Origin: Verrucomicrobiota bacterium
Lineage (GTDB): Bacteria; Verrucomicrobiota; Kiritimatiellia; Kiritimatiellales; JBHORO01
DNA: 58,151 bases
NCBI GenBank assembly: GCA_042566005.1
Contig: JBHORO010000004.1
Span: 1-58,151 of the forward strand
Reading direction: 5' to 3'
The notes under the pieces: generated by a model
Told to the model about the DNA's origin: nothing
What the model saw: the letters and a program-made list of their open reading frames with translations, nothing else
Databases searched by the model: none
Shown: one piece after another, positions 1 through 10,338 of the stretch
How positions within the stretch are numbered: position 1 is the stretch's first letter
How the letters are laid out: every line of letters begins with the position of its first letter
Program-made: the position numbers and the translations under genes

Positions 1-1481
1 TTAAGCGAGGAACGCTCAGCCCCCCCAAACACATCACCAAATCTGCTCACACGACCTACTAGGTTCTTGAACTGTGAAGGGCTCAGTTTTTTGAGGCCCT
101 TTGAATAGTCCAACATGAATAACCGTTCGATAGGTAAATTAACGCCTTCCAACAGAGTCGAATTGGACACGAGATATTTCACGGCATCACAGTTCCGATA
201 TAGGTACTCAACATAATTCCTTATGGAATCAGTCATTGACCCATGATGATAAACAACCCCTTTTCTTAAACACCGGAGAAGCTTATACCTCTCGTCTATT
301 CCTGCCCCTATCTCAGTTAAAGCGCGATTTATGTCTGCATCATCAACATCATCAAGAGTATCCGCCAGACGCAAAGCGAACCCTTCCGCATCTCTAGGCT
401 TATTGAAAAAGATAATATTTTTAGATACTGAAAATGAGTTCACGTATTCTAGCTCATTCATTGCCCCATTAGATGCGCTATTGATGAACTGATTCGTGAA
501 TTGGTCATAGTAACGAAATGACCCACCATCCTCTCTATAATCAGCAATAAAAAATCTTTCCGACTTTATGTATTCTTGGATTGCATAACTCGAAGACCCG
601 AAATTGATAACTCGCATTTTTAGATTATCAACATCCTTCAAAAACGGGGTCAGATACTTGATTGCTGTCTCAGGATTTCGATATTTTAGAATACAAATAA
701 CCGAAGCAAGCGTCGTGTTTCGGGAGTCGTCATCAAGCAGATTATGAGCTTCATCCACAAAAAGAACATCAAATGCCAATTTGGCATCCTGGTTTAAAAG
801 CCGAGTTAATCTTTCCTGTGTCAGCACATAGACTGAATGAAGAGCCCCCTCAATGTGCATCTCTGGGTGAGAAATTATGCGATCAACCCACTCAATGTCC
901 GCATCAAGTATGCGCTTCTTCGTCTGCGCCAGCAGTGATTTGGTGGGTACAATTATACAGGTACTTTTCCCCTCACATTCTTTCAGGGAAGAAATAATTA
1001 ATTCGGACTTACCATAGGATGTAGGAGCCACCACAACGACAGTCTCTTGCTCTTTCTTCTTAAAGAATTTCCCAAGAACATACTGTTGCTCGGTTTGAAA
1101 AATACCATCCTTTTTAAATGCTTCGATATAGCAATCAGTAATGGTTCCAATAAACGAATCCTTATAAGCAGTGGTGTCATCATTCAAAACGACTTTTTTT
1201 ATAAGGTGCGAGACAGGGGTTAATCCTGTATTTGATGCAATCTCGTACAATGGTTTGTAGTCATCATATCGATTTCCATAAGCAAGAATAATCCGATACC
1301 CAAGGTTCTTAAGAGACTGACCTGATTGATTAATTAATATAACGGCGATTGACAGTATCTTTACAATTTCCTGATTTGATAAATCATCGTCAGTTATTAG
1401 TTTATGATACAAGTCGGGAAATGATGTATTTCTGACAAGGCGAGCAATCGTTAGTTCCTTATTGGGAAGTTTCTCAAGCAC
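1..1481 (-). CDS. hamB: Hachiman HamB-like Ski2/DEAH helicase (partial, runs off left edge; absent from ORF track)
   Basis: Manual translation from GTG at 1481 is open to position 1. Motifs: Walker A APTSYGKS, DEAH, GVVYHHGSM, STLLEGVNLP, FKNLVGRVSR. Overlaps the 3' end of the upstream hamA-like ORF. Confidence 0.85.
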   Translation of the reverse strand, partial: MLEKLPNKELTIARLVRNTSFPDLYHKLITDDDLSNQEIVKILSIAVILINQSGQSLKNLGYRIILAYGNRYDDYKPLYEIASNTGLTPVSHLIKKVVLNDDTTAYKDSFIGTITDCYIEAFKKDGIFQTEQQYVLGKFFKKKEQETVVVVAPTSYGKSELIISSLKECEGKSTCIIVPTKSLLAQTKKRILDADIEWVDRIISHPEMHIEGALHSVYVLTQERLTRLLNQDAKLAFDVLFVDEAHNLLDDDSRNTTLASVICILKYRNPETAIKYLTPFLKDVDNLKMRVINFGSSSYAIQEYIKSERFFIADYREDGGSFRYYDQFTNQFINSASNGAMNELEYVNSFSVSKNIIFFNKPRDAEGFALRLADTLDDVDDADINRALTEIGAGIDERYKLLRCLRKGVVYHHGSMTDSIRNYVEYLYRNCDAVKYLVSNSTLLEGVNLPIERLFMLDYSKGLKKLSPSQFKNLVGRVSRFGDVFGGAERSSL

Positions 1482-2352
1482 GGCATGCCTCTCTTAAAAT
1501 AAAGTCAGCAATTTTATCATATGTACTTTTTTGCACAGAAAACACAAAAGACCGCTCAAACAGCGATTCACTTTGCAGCTCTCTAGAGAAATTTTTCGGG
1601 ATATTTTCTGCAAATTTATCCGAAATATCTGCAAATAACGCGGAAACAAATACGACGTTATTATCCGAGCTGGCTGCAGCATGATTAAGCGCGGCACCAC
1701 CTTCTTGATCAAGTATTCTTATGACCGCATCCTTGTAATCCCTGCAATTAGAAATTGCTATGCAAGCGGCGTTAACAGCATTCAGCCAAAAAGTATTACT
1801 ATTCTCATTAAGTCGGCGATTTAAATCTTTTTTTCCAGCATCCAGATAACGCTGGGTTGCCTTGTCTGGCGTATCATTTATGAGCAGCTCTCCTGATTTC
1901 ACTTCGCTAATCCAAACATTTTTTTCACTACGAGAATAAAGGACCAGATCAAACCCCTTCCTTATGCTTTTTTCCTCCATATTAAAAAATGGCGAGATGA
2001 TTTCATATTCGGGAAAATATTCAGAAAAAAGAACATGGCAAAGAAGTTCCCCTATCATCCCCTTTTTTGTTTCATCAGTCTTGTTCTCATATCTTTCGCA
2101 AAAAATGATCAAAGTCGATTCATAGGTATAGGATTTCAATCCTCGTGATGCTAGATGGTCGCCATGACAGATGGTGGCAAGATGACTTCTTAAGCACGAC
2201 TCTAGCTCTTCAGAGAATTCATCGATATGGCAGGTCGCATATCCTTCACCTTGTTTAAAATTAACACCATCTATTTTTTTCTTAGCCATACGCATCCTGA
2301 TTTGCCAGTTGTGAGAAAGAAAAAAGATCCGCCCTTTCTCTACTTCACCCAA
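1474..2352 (-). CDS. hamA: Hachiman HamA-like (DUF1837) nuclease; true start probably ATG at 2289 or 2295
   Basis: GMIGELLCH...KGFDLV...WISEVKSG PD-(D/E)xK-like pattern directly upstream of a Ski2-like helicase; low GC. Confidence 0.75.
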   Translation of the reverse strand: MGEVEKGRIFFLSHNWQIRMRMAKKKIDGVNFKQGEGYATCHIDEFSEELESCLRSHLATICHGDHLASRGLKSYTYESTLIIFCERYENKTDETKKGMIGELLCHVLFSEYFPEYEIISPFFNMEEKSIRKGFDLVLYSRSEKNVWISEVKSGELLINDTPDKATQRYLDAGKKDLNRRLNENSNTFWLNAVNAACIAISNCRDYKDAVIRILDQEGGAALNHAAASSDNNVVFVSALFADISDKFAENIPKNFSRELQSESLFERSFVFSVQKSTYDKIADFILREACRA

Positions 2353-2620
2353 AGTGTCAGTCCTAACTTTAGTGTCGGCTCGATTCTTAAGCGGTTTAAG
2401 TACCGCACAGCGAACTCAAAAACATGGCGATCAGCTTGCCGGATTTTTATGAAGAAAAGAAGGTTGTGGTTTGAGAAAATCTTTGTGGTAATTTGCCCCA
2501 CACGAAAGGGATAACAAAAGGCAGCCTTATCAATTAAAAGGGGCAACTCTGCGGCCCTGCGCGAGAATCTTTTTTGTGTGTTTGAGTCGCTCGCGCCCGC
2601 TGCCCGGTGATCTTTCTTCA

Positions 2621-2645
2621 CGCCCGGTCGGGGACCGGGCCTACA
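2621..2645 (-). repeat. REP-like palindrome (GTAG foot)
   Basis: Reverse complement TGTAGGCCCGGTCCCCGACCGGGCG; 22/25 match to 51531-51555. Confidence 0.6.
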
Positions 2646-2764
2646 ACACGCGCCCCCCTCTCCTTCTGCGGCCAGCGGAACCGGGAGGGGAATTTTTCAG
2701 ACGGGACGACCAGGATGTACCGGATGCGATTCAATGTGATCAATGCGGCACAATCCCGTGCCCA

Positions 2765-2789
2765 GCCGGCTCGGCGAGCCGGCCCTGCC
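2765..2789. repeat. REP-like palindrome
   Basis: GCCGGCTC-GGC-GAGCCGGC hairpin followed by CCTGCC; related copy at 51483-51507. Confidence 0.55.
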
Positions 2790-2853
2790 TTTAGGCCAAA
2801 AACTATCAGCGAAACGGCAACTCCCGGTTCCCGCAGCCAATATCTCAAGGCAC

Positions 2854-2883
2854 AAAAAAACCCGCTTCAATTGAAGCGGGTTT
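2854..2883 (-). terminator. Intrinsic terminator of rpsD
   Basis: Perfect palindrome AAACCCGCTTCAATTGAAGCGGGTTT with U tract on the minus strand. Confidence 0.75.
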
Positions 2884-2905
2884 GTATCGGAGCGATTCCG
2901 ATTGA

Positions 2906-3508
2906 TTAGCGAGAGTAGTACTCGACAACCAGAGACAGTTCGCAGATAACCGGAACTTCGTCACGTTCGCAAACGCGGTCTACTTTGATCGTCAGCTCTT
3001 TCGTGTTGACGTTCAGGTATTCCGGCGGGTTGCCCGCTTCGATGGAACCGATGATTGCAGCGCACTCACGGCTTTTCGGGCGAACGCTGATCTCGTCACC
3101 AATACGGAGCTGGTAAGACGGGATGTCCACTTTTTTGCCGTTCACCAGGAAGTGACCGTGGCCCACGAGCTGACGTGCCTGGTAGATTGTGCGAGCGAAA
3201 CCGCCGCGCAGTACAGCCGCGTCCAGACGGGACTCGAGGATGCGGATCAGGTTTTCAGCCGGGTTACCGTGCTTACGAACCGCTTTTTTGTAGTAGTTCG
3301 TGAGCTGTTTCTCACGGATGTTGTACTGATGACGCAGTTTCTGTTTTTCGATCAGCTGACGACCGTAGTCGGACAGTTTAGCACGACGTTTGTTCGGACC
3401 ATGCTGACCCGGGGCAAACGGACGTTTTTCAAGGTACCCGTGCGCTTTCGGCGTAATTGCGATGCCGAGGCGACGTGAAATTTTAATTTTCGGTCTGTTG
3501 GTACTCAT
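2906..3508 (-). CDS. rpsD: 30S ribosomal protein S4
   Basis: SRRLG, PGQHG, SDYGRQLIEKQK, LESRLD, ARQLVGHGH, VDIPSY, VVEYYSR. Confidence 0.97.
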   Translation of the reverse strand: MSTNRPKIKISRRLGIAITPKAHGYLEKRPFAPGQHGPNKRRAKLSDYGRQLIEKQKLRHQYNIREKQLTNYYKKAVRKHGNPAENLIRILESRLDAAVLRGGFARTIYQARQLVGHGHFLVNGKKVDIPSYQLRIGDEISVRPKSRECAAIIGSIEAGNPPEYLNVNTKELTIKVDRVCERDEVPVICELSLVVEYYSR

Positions 3509-3545
3509 AGTATTAACCTCAATGTTACTTTTCTTTTCTCATTTC

Positions 3546-3689
3546 GGGTTGCCGCCTTTGTGAACCCTACAGGATTCAGCCCGGTTAAAGGCCGTTCTGT
3601 GTCAGTACACTCAGTCTGAGAACGATCGCCTGCCCCAAGGGACGTACGAAAATCCTCCTTACGGTGTTCAGCTTTAAAGCCGGAAACCC
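3546..3689 (-). promoter_or_regulatory. Candidate structured 5' leader RNA of rpsD
   Basis: Nested complementary segments: outer 12/14 bp, TGAAC/GTTCA, inner CGTTCT/AGAACG. Ends 37 nt before the rpsD start. Confidence 0.45.
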
Positions 3690-3995
3690 AATTTCTAAAA
3701 ACGAAGCGCGCATTTAATAGATTTACCCCCGAAGAGTCAACCCCAAATGCCACACCTTTTTGCCCATCTGCCGGCTTCCAAAAACCCTCACCCGCGTGCC
3801 GGCACCCGGCCCTCCAAACCTCGATGCAGACCGCCCCCGAATCTGATTGCTTACATTTGCTCTCAGAGTTGAGGCTCACTTTGAAAAGGTTTTCATTTGA
3901 TTCGCTTTACGCGCGCATTCATATTTAACCACTTTGGCGCTGAACTCCCGCGGCGGAGACGCAATCGGATTTTACGAAAGGAAACAACGACCATC

Positions 3996-5366
3996 ATGAA
4001 TAACAATATTCTGTGCATCGGTGCAGGTTACGTCGGCGGACCCACTATGGCAATGATCGCCAAAATGTGCCCGCATATTAAAGTGACCGTAGTAGATATC
4101 AACCAGCAGCGCATTGACGCCTGGAACTCCGACGAACTTCCGATCTACGAACCCGGCCTCGACGAAGTCGTTAAAGAAGCCCGCGGCCGCAACCTCTTCT
4201 TCTCCACTGAAGTGGATAAAGGGATCGAAGAAAACGATATCATTTTCGTGAGCGTCAACACGCCGACTAAAACCTTCGGTCACGGCGCCGGCTGCGCGGC
4301 CGACCTCCAGTACTGGGAGCTCTGCGCACGCCGCATTCTGGAAAACTCCAAAAGCGACAAGATCGTGATCGAAAAAAGCACCCTGCCCGTCCGCACCGCG
4401 GCCGCCATGGAACGCATCCTGAAAAGCACCGACAGCAACGTTCACTTCGACGTACTCTCCAACCCGGAATTTCTGGCGGAGGGCACAGCCGTCGAAGACC
4501 TCACCACCCCGGACCGCGTCCTGATCGGCGGACACGAAACACCGGAAGGCCAGAAGGCAATCGAAACGCTGGCCGACGTTTACGCAAACTGGGTTCCGCG
4601 CGAACGCATCCTGACCACCAACCTCTGGTCCAGCGAACTTTCCAAACTGACCGCGAACGCCTTCCTCGCTCAGCGCGTCAGCTCAATCAACAGCATCTCC
4701 GCGCTCTGCGAAGCGACGGAAGCGGACGTAACAGAAGTAGCGCACGCGATCGGAACGGACACCCGCATCGGCGCGAAGTTCCTGAAAGCCGGCATCGGCT
4801 TCGGCGGTTCCTGCTTCAAAAAAGATATCCTGAACCTGGTCTACCTGTGCGAGAGCTACAACCTGACCGAGTGCGCAGATTACTGGCGCCAGGTAGTAAC
4901 CATGAACGACTACCAGCAGAACCGCTTCGTCAGCCGCATGCTGAAATCCATGTTCAACACGATCGCCAACAAAAAAATCGCGATCCTCGGTTTCGCATTT
5001 AAAGCCGACACCGGCGACACGCGCGAAAGCCCGGCGATCAGCGTCTGCAAGCAGCTGACCGGGGAAAATGCCAATGTGACCATTTCCGACCCGCAGGCAC
5101 TGAAATATGCCGAAACGGAACTCCAGGGGCACATGGAACGCGTCACGCTCGAAGAGGACCCCTACCAGGCCGTCGAAGGTGCGCACGCCGTTGCCCTGCT
5201 GACCGACTGGCGTCGCTACAAGGACCTCGACTTCCAGAAAATGTACGACTCCATGCAGAAGCCGGCCTTCTTCTTCGACGGCCGCAACTGCGTCGACCAC
5301 GACGAATTGCACAAAATCGGCTTCAACGTCTACGCGATCGGCAAGGCGCCGAAAACACATATCTAA
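3996..5366 (+). CDS. ugd: UDP-glucose 6-dehydrogenase
   Basis: [46 protein letters not shown] 3996 preferred to the track start at 3897. Confidence 0.95.
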   Translation: MNNNILCIGAGYVGGPTMAMIAKMCPHIKVTVVDINQQRIDAWNSDELPIYEPGLDEVVKEARGRNLFFSTEVDKGIEENDIIFVSVNTPTKTFGHGAGCAADLQYWELCARRILENSKSDKIVIEKSTLPVRTAAAMERILKSTDSNVHFDVLSNPEFLAEGTAVEDLTTPDRVLIGGHETPEGQKAIETLADVYANWVPRERILTTNLWSSELSKLTANAFLAQRVSSINSISALCEATEADVTEVAHAIGTDTRIGAKFLKAGIGFGGSCFKKDILNLVYLCESYNLTECADYWRQVVTMNDYQQNRFVSRMLKSMFNTIANKKIAILGFAFKADTGDTRESPAISVCKQLTGENANVTISDPQALKYAETELQGHMERVTLEEDPYQAVEGAHAVALLTDWRRYKDLDFQKMYDSMQKPAFFFDGRNCVDHDELHKIGFNVYAIGKAPKTHI

Positions 5367-5387
5367 ATCCAACCGGATTCAGACACA

Positions 5388-5421
5388 GAAAAGGCCTCGC
5401 AAATGCGGGGCCTTTCTTTTT
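5388..5421 (+). terminator. Intrinsic terminator after ugd
   Basis: AAAGGCCTCGC-AAAT-GCGGGGCCTTT plus T tract. Confidence 0.7.
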
Positions 5422-5570
5422 ACACACAAATGAAACGCTCCTCGTCATTACCGGGAACCAGTTCGTTAAACCAACTTCATCCACATTTTCAGCAGGCGCG
5501 CATACCGTTTCACCCAGATGCCCTGTATCGATTGATAGCGGGATGTAGCCGGCAGCAGCTTCTGTACAGA

Positions 5571-5599
5571 CAAAAAGCCGACGCGAACGCCGGCTTTTG
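5571..5599 (-). terminator. Intrinsic terminator after dapL
   Basis: AAAAGCCG...CGGCTTTT hairpin. Confidence 0.6.
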
Positions 5600-5623
5600 C
5601 TTAATCAAATATAGCGGGAGCTA

Positions 5624-6853
5624 TTATTTGTTCATGAGTTCCTGAAGACGACCCACGGCCTCCATTACATTATCGCGCAATGCGAAAGACGAGATGCGGA
5701 AGTAGCCTTCGCCCGCCGCACCAAATCCTGCACCTGGCGTGCCCACGATCTGCGCTTCATTCAACAAGTAGTCAAAGAACTCCCAAGAGCCCATGCCCTC
5801 TGGCGTTTTGAGCCAAATGTAAGGCGCGTTTTCACCGCCGTACACTTCGATACCCATTTCGCGCAAGCTGTCGCCGATGATTTTAGCATTTTCCATGTAG
5901 TACGCGATCAACTCAGCCGTTTCCTTTTTGCCCTGCTCAGAGAACACCGCCTCCGCTGCGCGCTGTACCGGGTAAGAAACGCCGTTAAACTTGGTGCAAT
6001 GACGACGGTTCCAAAGCGCGTGAACAAAAACCTCTTCCCCTTGGTCGTTTTTGCCCATCAAGCCTTTTGGAACTACAGTATAACCGCAACGGATACCTGT
6101 GAAACCGGCGTGCTTAGAGAAACTGCGAAATTCAATTGCGCACTCTTTCGCACCCGGAATTTCGAAGATAGAACGCGGCAATGTTTCATCGCTGATGAAC
6201 GCTTCGTACGCGCCATCGTACAAGATGATCATGTTGTTTTCTTTGGCGAACTCAACCCACTCCGTCAATTTTTCTTTAGAAAGCACAGTGCCGGTCGGGT
6301 TGTTCGGAGAACAGAGGTAGATTACATCGGCATCCACACTTGGAAACGGGGGCTCAAAACCGTTGCCAGCTGTAGTCGGCAAATACTGCATACCTTCATA
6401 GCGGCCATCTTCGCCGGCCTCACCGGTACGACCAGCCATCACGTTTGTATCGAGATACACAGGGTAAACAGGGTCAGTCAACGCGATCTTAGCGTCCGCC
6501 GCGAAGATCTCCTGGATGTTACCAGAGTCACACTTAGAACCATCAGAAACGAAGATTTCATCAGCCGCTACATCGCAACCTTTCGCCGCGTAATCCGCCG
6601 AAATCGCCTCACGCAAAAAATCATAACCCTGTTCCGGACCATAACCACGGAACCCCTCAACCGTACCCATTTCGTCGGTTGCTTTATGCATCGCCTCACG
6701 CACAGATTCAGGCAATGGAAGCACCACATCGCCGATACCGAGCTTGATTACTTTCTTGTCCGGGTTTTCTGAAATAAATTTAGAAACGCGACGACCGATT
6801 TCAGGGAAAAGGTAACCTGCTTTGAGCTTACCGTAGTTTGAGTTCATTTTCAT
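5624..6853 (-). CDS. dapL: LL-diaminopimelate aminotransferase
   Basis: [46 protein letters not shown]. Confidence 0.95.
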   Translation of the reverse strand: MKMNSNYGKLKAGYLFPEIGRRVSKFISENPDKKVIKLGIGDVVLPLPESVREAMHKATDEMGTVEGFRGYGPEQGYDFLREAISADYAAKGCDVAADEIFVSDGSKCDSGNIQEIFAADAKIALTDPVYPVYLDTNVMAGRTGEAGEDGRYEGMQYLPTTAGNGFEPPFPSVDADVIYLCSPNNPTGTVLSKEKLTEWVEFAKENNMIILYDGAYEAFISDETLPRSIFEIPGAKECAIEFRSFSKHAGFTGIRCGYTVVPKGLMGKNDQGEEVFVHALWNRRHCTKFNGVSYPVQRAAEAVFSEQGKKETAELIAYYMENAKIIGDSLREMGIEVYGGENAPYIWLKTPEGMGSWEFFDYLLNEAQIVGTPGAGFGAAGEGYFRISSFALRDNVMEAVGRLQELMNK

Positions 6854-6968
6854 AATTATCTCTCTTAGAGTAGAAGGTTATGTTTGATAACCAGCAGCAC
6901 CTCACCGCTGGCGCATTTATTCACAAAAAGTGGTAGTGGACAGTAGAATATTTGTCAAGGGCCGCCCC

Positions 6969-7385
6969 TTACAGCAAAAATTCATCCTCTTCAACGCCGG
7001 CTCCATAGATCCAGCTCAACAGCGATTCAAAACGCGGATCATCCCGCAGCACAGCCAGATCCTGATCACGTTTCATCCACTCGTAATCATCGTAACCCAT
7101 CTCAACCGCCTTGCTCAGCGCCTCGACAGACTCATCTTTACGGCCGACCAGAGCAAAACTGCACCCGAGATTATACCACGACAGCGGATCCGCCGGACAA
7201 ACGCGCGAGAGCTGCTGGTCAAGTTCCAGCCCCTCAGCATAGCGCCCCGCTTCCGTATAGAGCTCCGCCAGCGCCTTCATGATTTCGGTGTCGCCGGGAA
7301 TCCGACGGGCCACAGACTCAAGAAAGCGGAGTTCGACCTCCGCTTCCCGCTTTTTTATTTCGCATTTTTGCACGTGCTGTTCCAT
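6969..7385 (-). CDS. TPR-repeat protein
   Basis: LAELYTEAG, WYNLGCSFAL and DQDLAVLRDDPRF TPR-end motif. Confidence 0.8.
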   Translation of the reverse strand: MEQHVQKCEIKKREAEVELRFLESVARRIPGDTEIMKALAELYTEAGRYAEGLELDQQLSRVCPADPLSWYNLGCSFALVGRKDESVEALSKAVEMGYDDYEWMKRDQDLAVLRDDPRFESLLSWIYGAGVEEDEFLL

Positions 7386-7390
7386 TAACG

Positions 7391-8677
7391 CTACGCGTTG
7401 ACTTTGCGCTCGTTCGGACCGACGTAAACCTGACGCGGACGACCGATACGGAAATCGTCAGACTCACGCATCTCTTTCCACTGAGCAATCCAGCCCGGCA
7501 GACGTCCAATCGCAAACAGCACCGTGAACATATTCGTCGGGATACCCATCGCGCGGTATGTCAGACCCGTGTAGAAGTCTACATTCGGGTAAAGGTTACG
7601 CGACTTGAAATATTCATCGTTCAGCGCCGCCTCTTCCAGCTCCTGCGCAATATCAAGCAACGGATCCTCGACACCCAGATGATCCATCACCTTTTTGCAG
7701 ATCTTCTTGGCGACGCGAGCACGCGGGTCATATGATTTGTAAACACGGTGCCCGAAGCCCATCAGGCGGAACGAATCTTTTTTGTCTTTAGCACGAGCCA
7801 GTGCTTTTGTGACATCCCCGCCGTCTGCCTGAATCTCTTCAAGCATTTCAATCACGTGCTGGTTAGCGCCACCATGAAGGGGGCCCCACAGCGCGGAAAT
7901 ACCTGCCGAAATAGATGCATAAAGGTTCGCACGCGCACTACCGACCATTTTCACCACAGATGCCGAGCAGTTCTGCTCATGATCCGCATGCAGAATCAGC
8001 AGCTGATTCAATGCCTTCGCAACCAGCGGATCCACTTCATAGCCATTCACCGGCGTGTAGAACATCATGTTCAGGAAGTTTTCACAGTAAAGCAGGTTGC
8101 GTTTCGGCTGAACCAACGGGTGACCCAAAAACTTCTTAAAGGAAAAGGCTGCAATCGTGCGCAGCTTGGAAAGCAGGCGAGTCGTGGTCAAATCGATATC
8201 CACCCCTTCATCCTCTTCCAGCTCCGGGTAAAACGTAGAAAGCGATACCGCCATCGCAGAGAGCATGGCCATCGGGTGCGCGTGTTCCGGATAATGGTCG
8301 AAAAAGTGACGCATATCCTCGTGAATCATTGAATGTGCATTCAGCAGATCGCTGAACTTCGCGCGCTCTTCCGGTGACGGGAGTTTGTTGTGAATCAGCA
8401 AATAAGCCACTTCAGTAAAGCAGCAGTTTTCAGCGAGATCCTCAACATCATAACCGCGATAACGCAAGATGCCGTTTTCGCCGTCAACAAAGGTGATATT
8501 ACTTTCACAGCAGCCAGTGTTAACAAAGCCCGGGTCATAGGTGATCATACCCGTTTGTTTGCGCAACTTACGAATATCCAGAGCCTTCTCGCCCTCCGTG
8601 CCCTCAAAGACCGGAAGATCCAGCGACTGTCCATCAATAACCAACTGAGCGGTTGCAATCTGTTTTGCTTCTGTCAT
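7391..8677 (-). CDS. gltA: Citrate synthase
   Basis: HADHEQNCS, GPLHGGAN, GFGHRVYK, YPNVDFY. Confidence 0.97.
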   Translation of the reverse strand: MTEAKQIATAQLVIDGQSLDLPVFEGTEGEKALDIRKLRKQTGMITYDPGFVNTGCCESNITFVDGENGILRYRGYDVEDLAENCCFTEVAYLLIHNKLPSPEERAKFSDLLNAHSMIHEDMRHFFDHYPEHAHPMAMLSAMAVSLSTFYPELEEDEGVDIDLTTTRLLSKLRTIAAFSFKKFLGHPLVQPKRNLLYCENFLNMMFYTPVNGYEVDPLVAKALNQLLILHADHEQNCSASVVKMVGSARANLYASISAGISALWGPLHGGANQHVIEMLEEIQADGGDVTKALARAKDKKDSFRLMGFGHRVYKSYDPRARVAKKICKKVMDHLGVEDPLLDIAQELEEAALNDEYFKSRNLYPNVDFYTGLTYRAMGIPTNMFTVLFAIGRLPGWIAQWKEMRESDDFRIGRPRQVYVGPNERKVNA

Positions 8678-8784
8678 TCCATCTCCTTCATTTCGCGGGT
8701 GGAACCGTAAATAAAAAAAGTTCAGTCCTGATACAGGACCGAACTTCCATAAGAAAAACGAAATGGACGGCCCTGCGGCGCCAA

Positions 8785-9012
8785 CTACGCTTTCTGAACT
8801 TTACCGGAGCGGATGCAGGCAGTGCAGACTTTTTTGCTCTGAACACCACCGTTAACAATGCAACGGATTTTCTGCAGGTTCGGAAGAAACTTACGGCGCG
8901 TTACCGCAGTCACGTGCAGGCCGATACCGCCTTTTTTCTTCGCCAAACCTTTACGGATGATACGGTTACCAGTAACACCACCCTTACCACAAACTTCACA
9001 TACTCGAGACAT
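8785..9012 (-). CDS. rpmB: 50S ribosomal protein L28 (zinc-ribbon form)
   Basis: MSRVCEVCGK, RKFLPNLQ, VCTACIRSG. Confidence 0.93.
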   Translation of the reverse strand: MSRVCEVCGKGGVTGNRIIRKGLAKKKGGIGLHVTAVTRRKFLPNLQKIRCIVNGGVQSKKVCTACIRSGKVQKA

Positions 9013-9122
9013 TCTTCTACCCTCGCTTCTAAAAAATCGTTTTATTCCAACCTCAAAAGAGCGGAGAATGTAGGTGTTCCCACACTCATTGGCAAGAGCA
9101 AAAATTTGAATTTATCCTGCCG

Positions 9123-10244
9123 TCAAACCAACTCCGCAAAGACGCTATTACTTACAAACAATCCGGCGCGAGTCAAGCGGAGGTTAGCCCCAACTTGTTC
9201 CAGCAAACCAACTTCCTTCAGCCGTTCGACCTCATCACCGCACAATTCCTCGATTTTATAACCGGTCTTTTCCTCAAACCAGTAATGATTAACGCCCGCC
9301 AAAAGCCGCAAACCGAACACCAAAGTTTCCCGCGCACGCGCCTCTTCCGGCAGTCGTTCCTCAAAATCACAGGCCGAGCCGCAATCCCTAATCATGCGGC
9401 CATATTCATCGAGTGTATCCGTATTGGCAAAACGCCGCCCCCTCATGTGGGAATGCGCAGACGGACCGCAACCGATATAATCGCCGGCAGTCCAATAAAG
9501 CATATTATGCCGGCACTCGTGGCCCCGACGGGCATAGTTCGAAATCTCGTAATGTTCATACCCCGCCATCTTGAGGCGGCGGTCCGTCAGCTCAAACTGC
9601 GCCAGCTGCAACTCTTCACTCGGCTCCTCGAGTTCCCCGGCCTCCAACATATCGGCCAGCGGGGTGCCCGGCTCAAATGTCAGATTATAGCAGGAGATAT
9701 GCTGAGGACTCAGACTGAGCGCCGCATCCAGCTCGGCCTCCCACTCCGGCAACGTCACCCCCGGAATGCTGTGCATCAGATCCAGATTCAGATCCAGCCC
9801 GCCAAAACTACGGATCAGCGAGACCGCGTCGTACACATCCCGCGCTCGATGAATCCGGCCCAGCCACTCCAGCCGCTGATCATTAAAACTCTGCACGCCC
9901 AACGAAACACGATTCACTCCGGCCGCACAGAGCAACTCCAGCTTGCGCGCCGTCAAAGTGCCCGGGTTCGCCTCAACACTCCACTCCTCGACTTGCGATA
10001 AATCAACGTGCCGCTTTAACGAACCGAGCAGGTCGCCCATCTTTTCAGCCGAAAGCGCCGTCGGGGTGCCGCCCCCGAAAAAAAGGGTCGTCGGCACAAA
10101 TGCCGAATCCAGCTGGCGCAGCTCTGCATCCAGCGCCTCCAGAAACGAAGAGACACGCGCCTCGTCGCAGCACGCCTCCGAATAAAAGTCGCAATACCTG
10201 CACTTCTGCACACAAAAAGGGATATGAATATATAAGCCGGACAT
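9123..10244 (-). CDS. hemW: Radical SAM heme chaperone HemW
   Basis: LYIHIPFCVQKCRYCDF, GGGTPT, YEISNY, HNMLYW. Confidence 0.9.
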   Translation of the reverse strand: MSGLYIHIPFCVQKCRYCDFYSEACCDEARVSSFLEALDAELRQLDSAFVPTTLFFGGGTPTALSAEKMGDLLGSLKRHVDLSQVEEWSVEANPGTLTARKLELLCAAGVNRVSLGVQSFNDQRLEWLGRIHRARDVYDAVSLIRSFGGLDLNLDLMHSIPGVTLPEWEAELDAALSLSPQHISCYNLTFEPGTPLADMLEAGELEEPSEELQLAQFELTDRRLKMAGYEHYEISNYARRGHECRHNMLYWTAGDYIGCGPSAHSHMRGRRFANTDTLDEYGRMIRDCGSACDFEERLPEEARARETLVFGLRLLAGVNHYWFEEKTGYKIEELCGDEVERLKEVGLLEQVGANLRLTRAGLFVSNSVFAELV

Positions 10245-10338
10245 ATTTCAGTTTGAACTTTCTGTTAATTAGTTGTCGCCTGACACCTGTTACATTAAAT
10301 TCCCCATCAAACGAACAACTATTACTTAATAACATTAC

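Noticed and set aside
2353-2620. tRNA or integrase attachment site at the Hachiman border
   Set aside because: No cloverleaf or T-loop motif and no direct repeat visible in the window.
3546-3689. 6S RNA call for the long hairpin
   Set aside because: Shorter than typical 6S RNA, no recognisable conserved 6S segments, and positioned as an rpsD leader.
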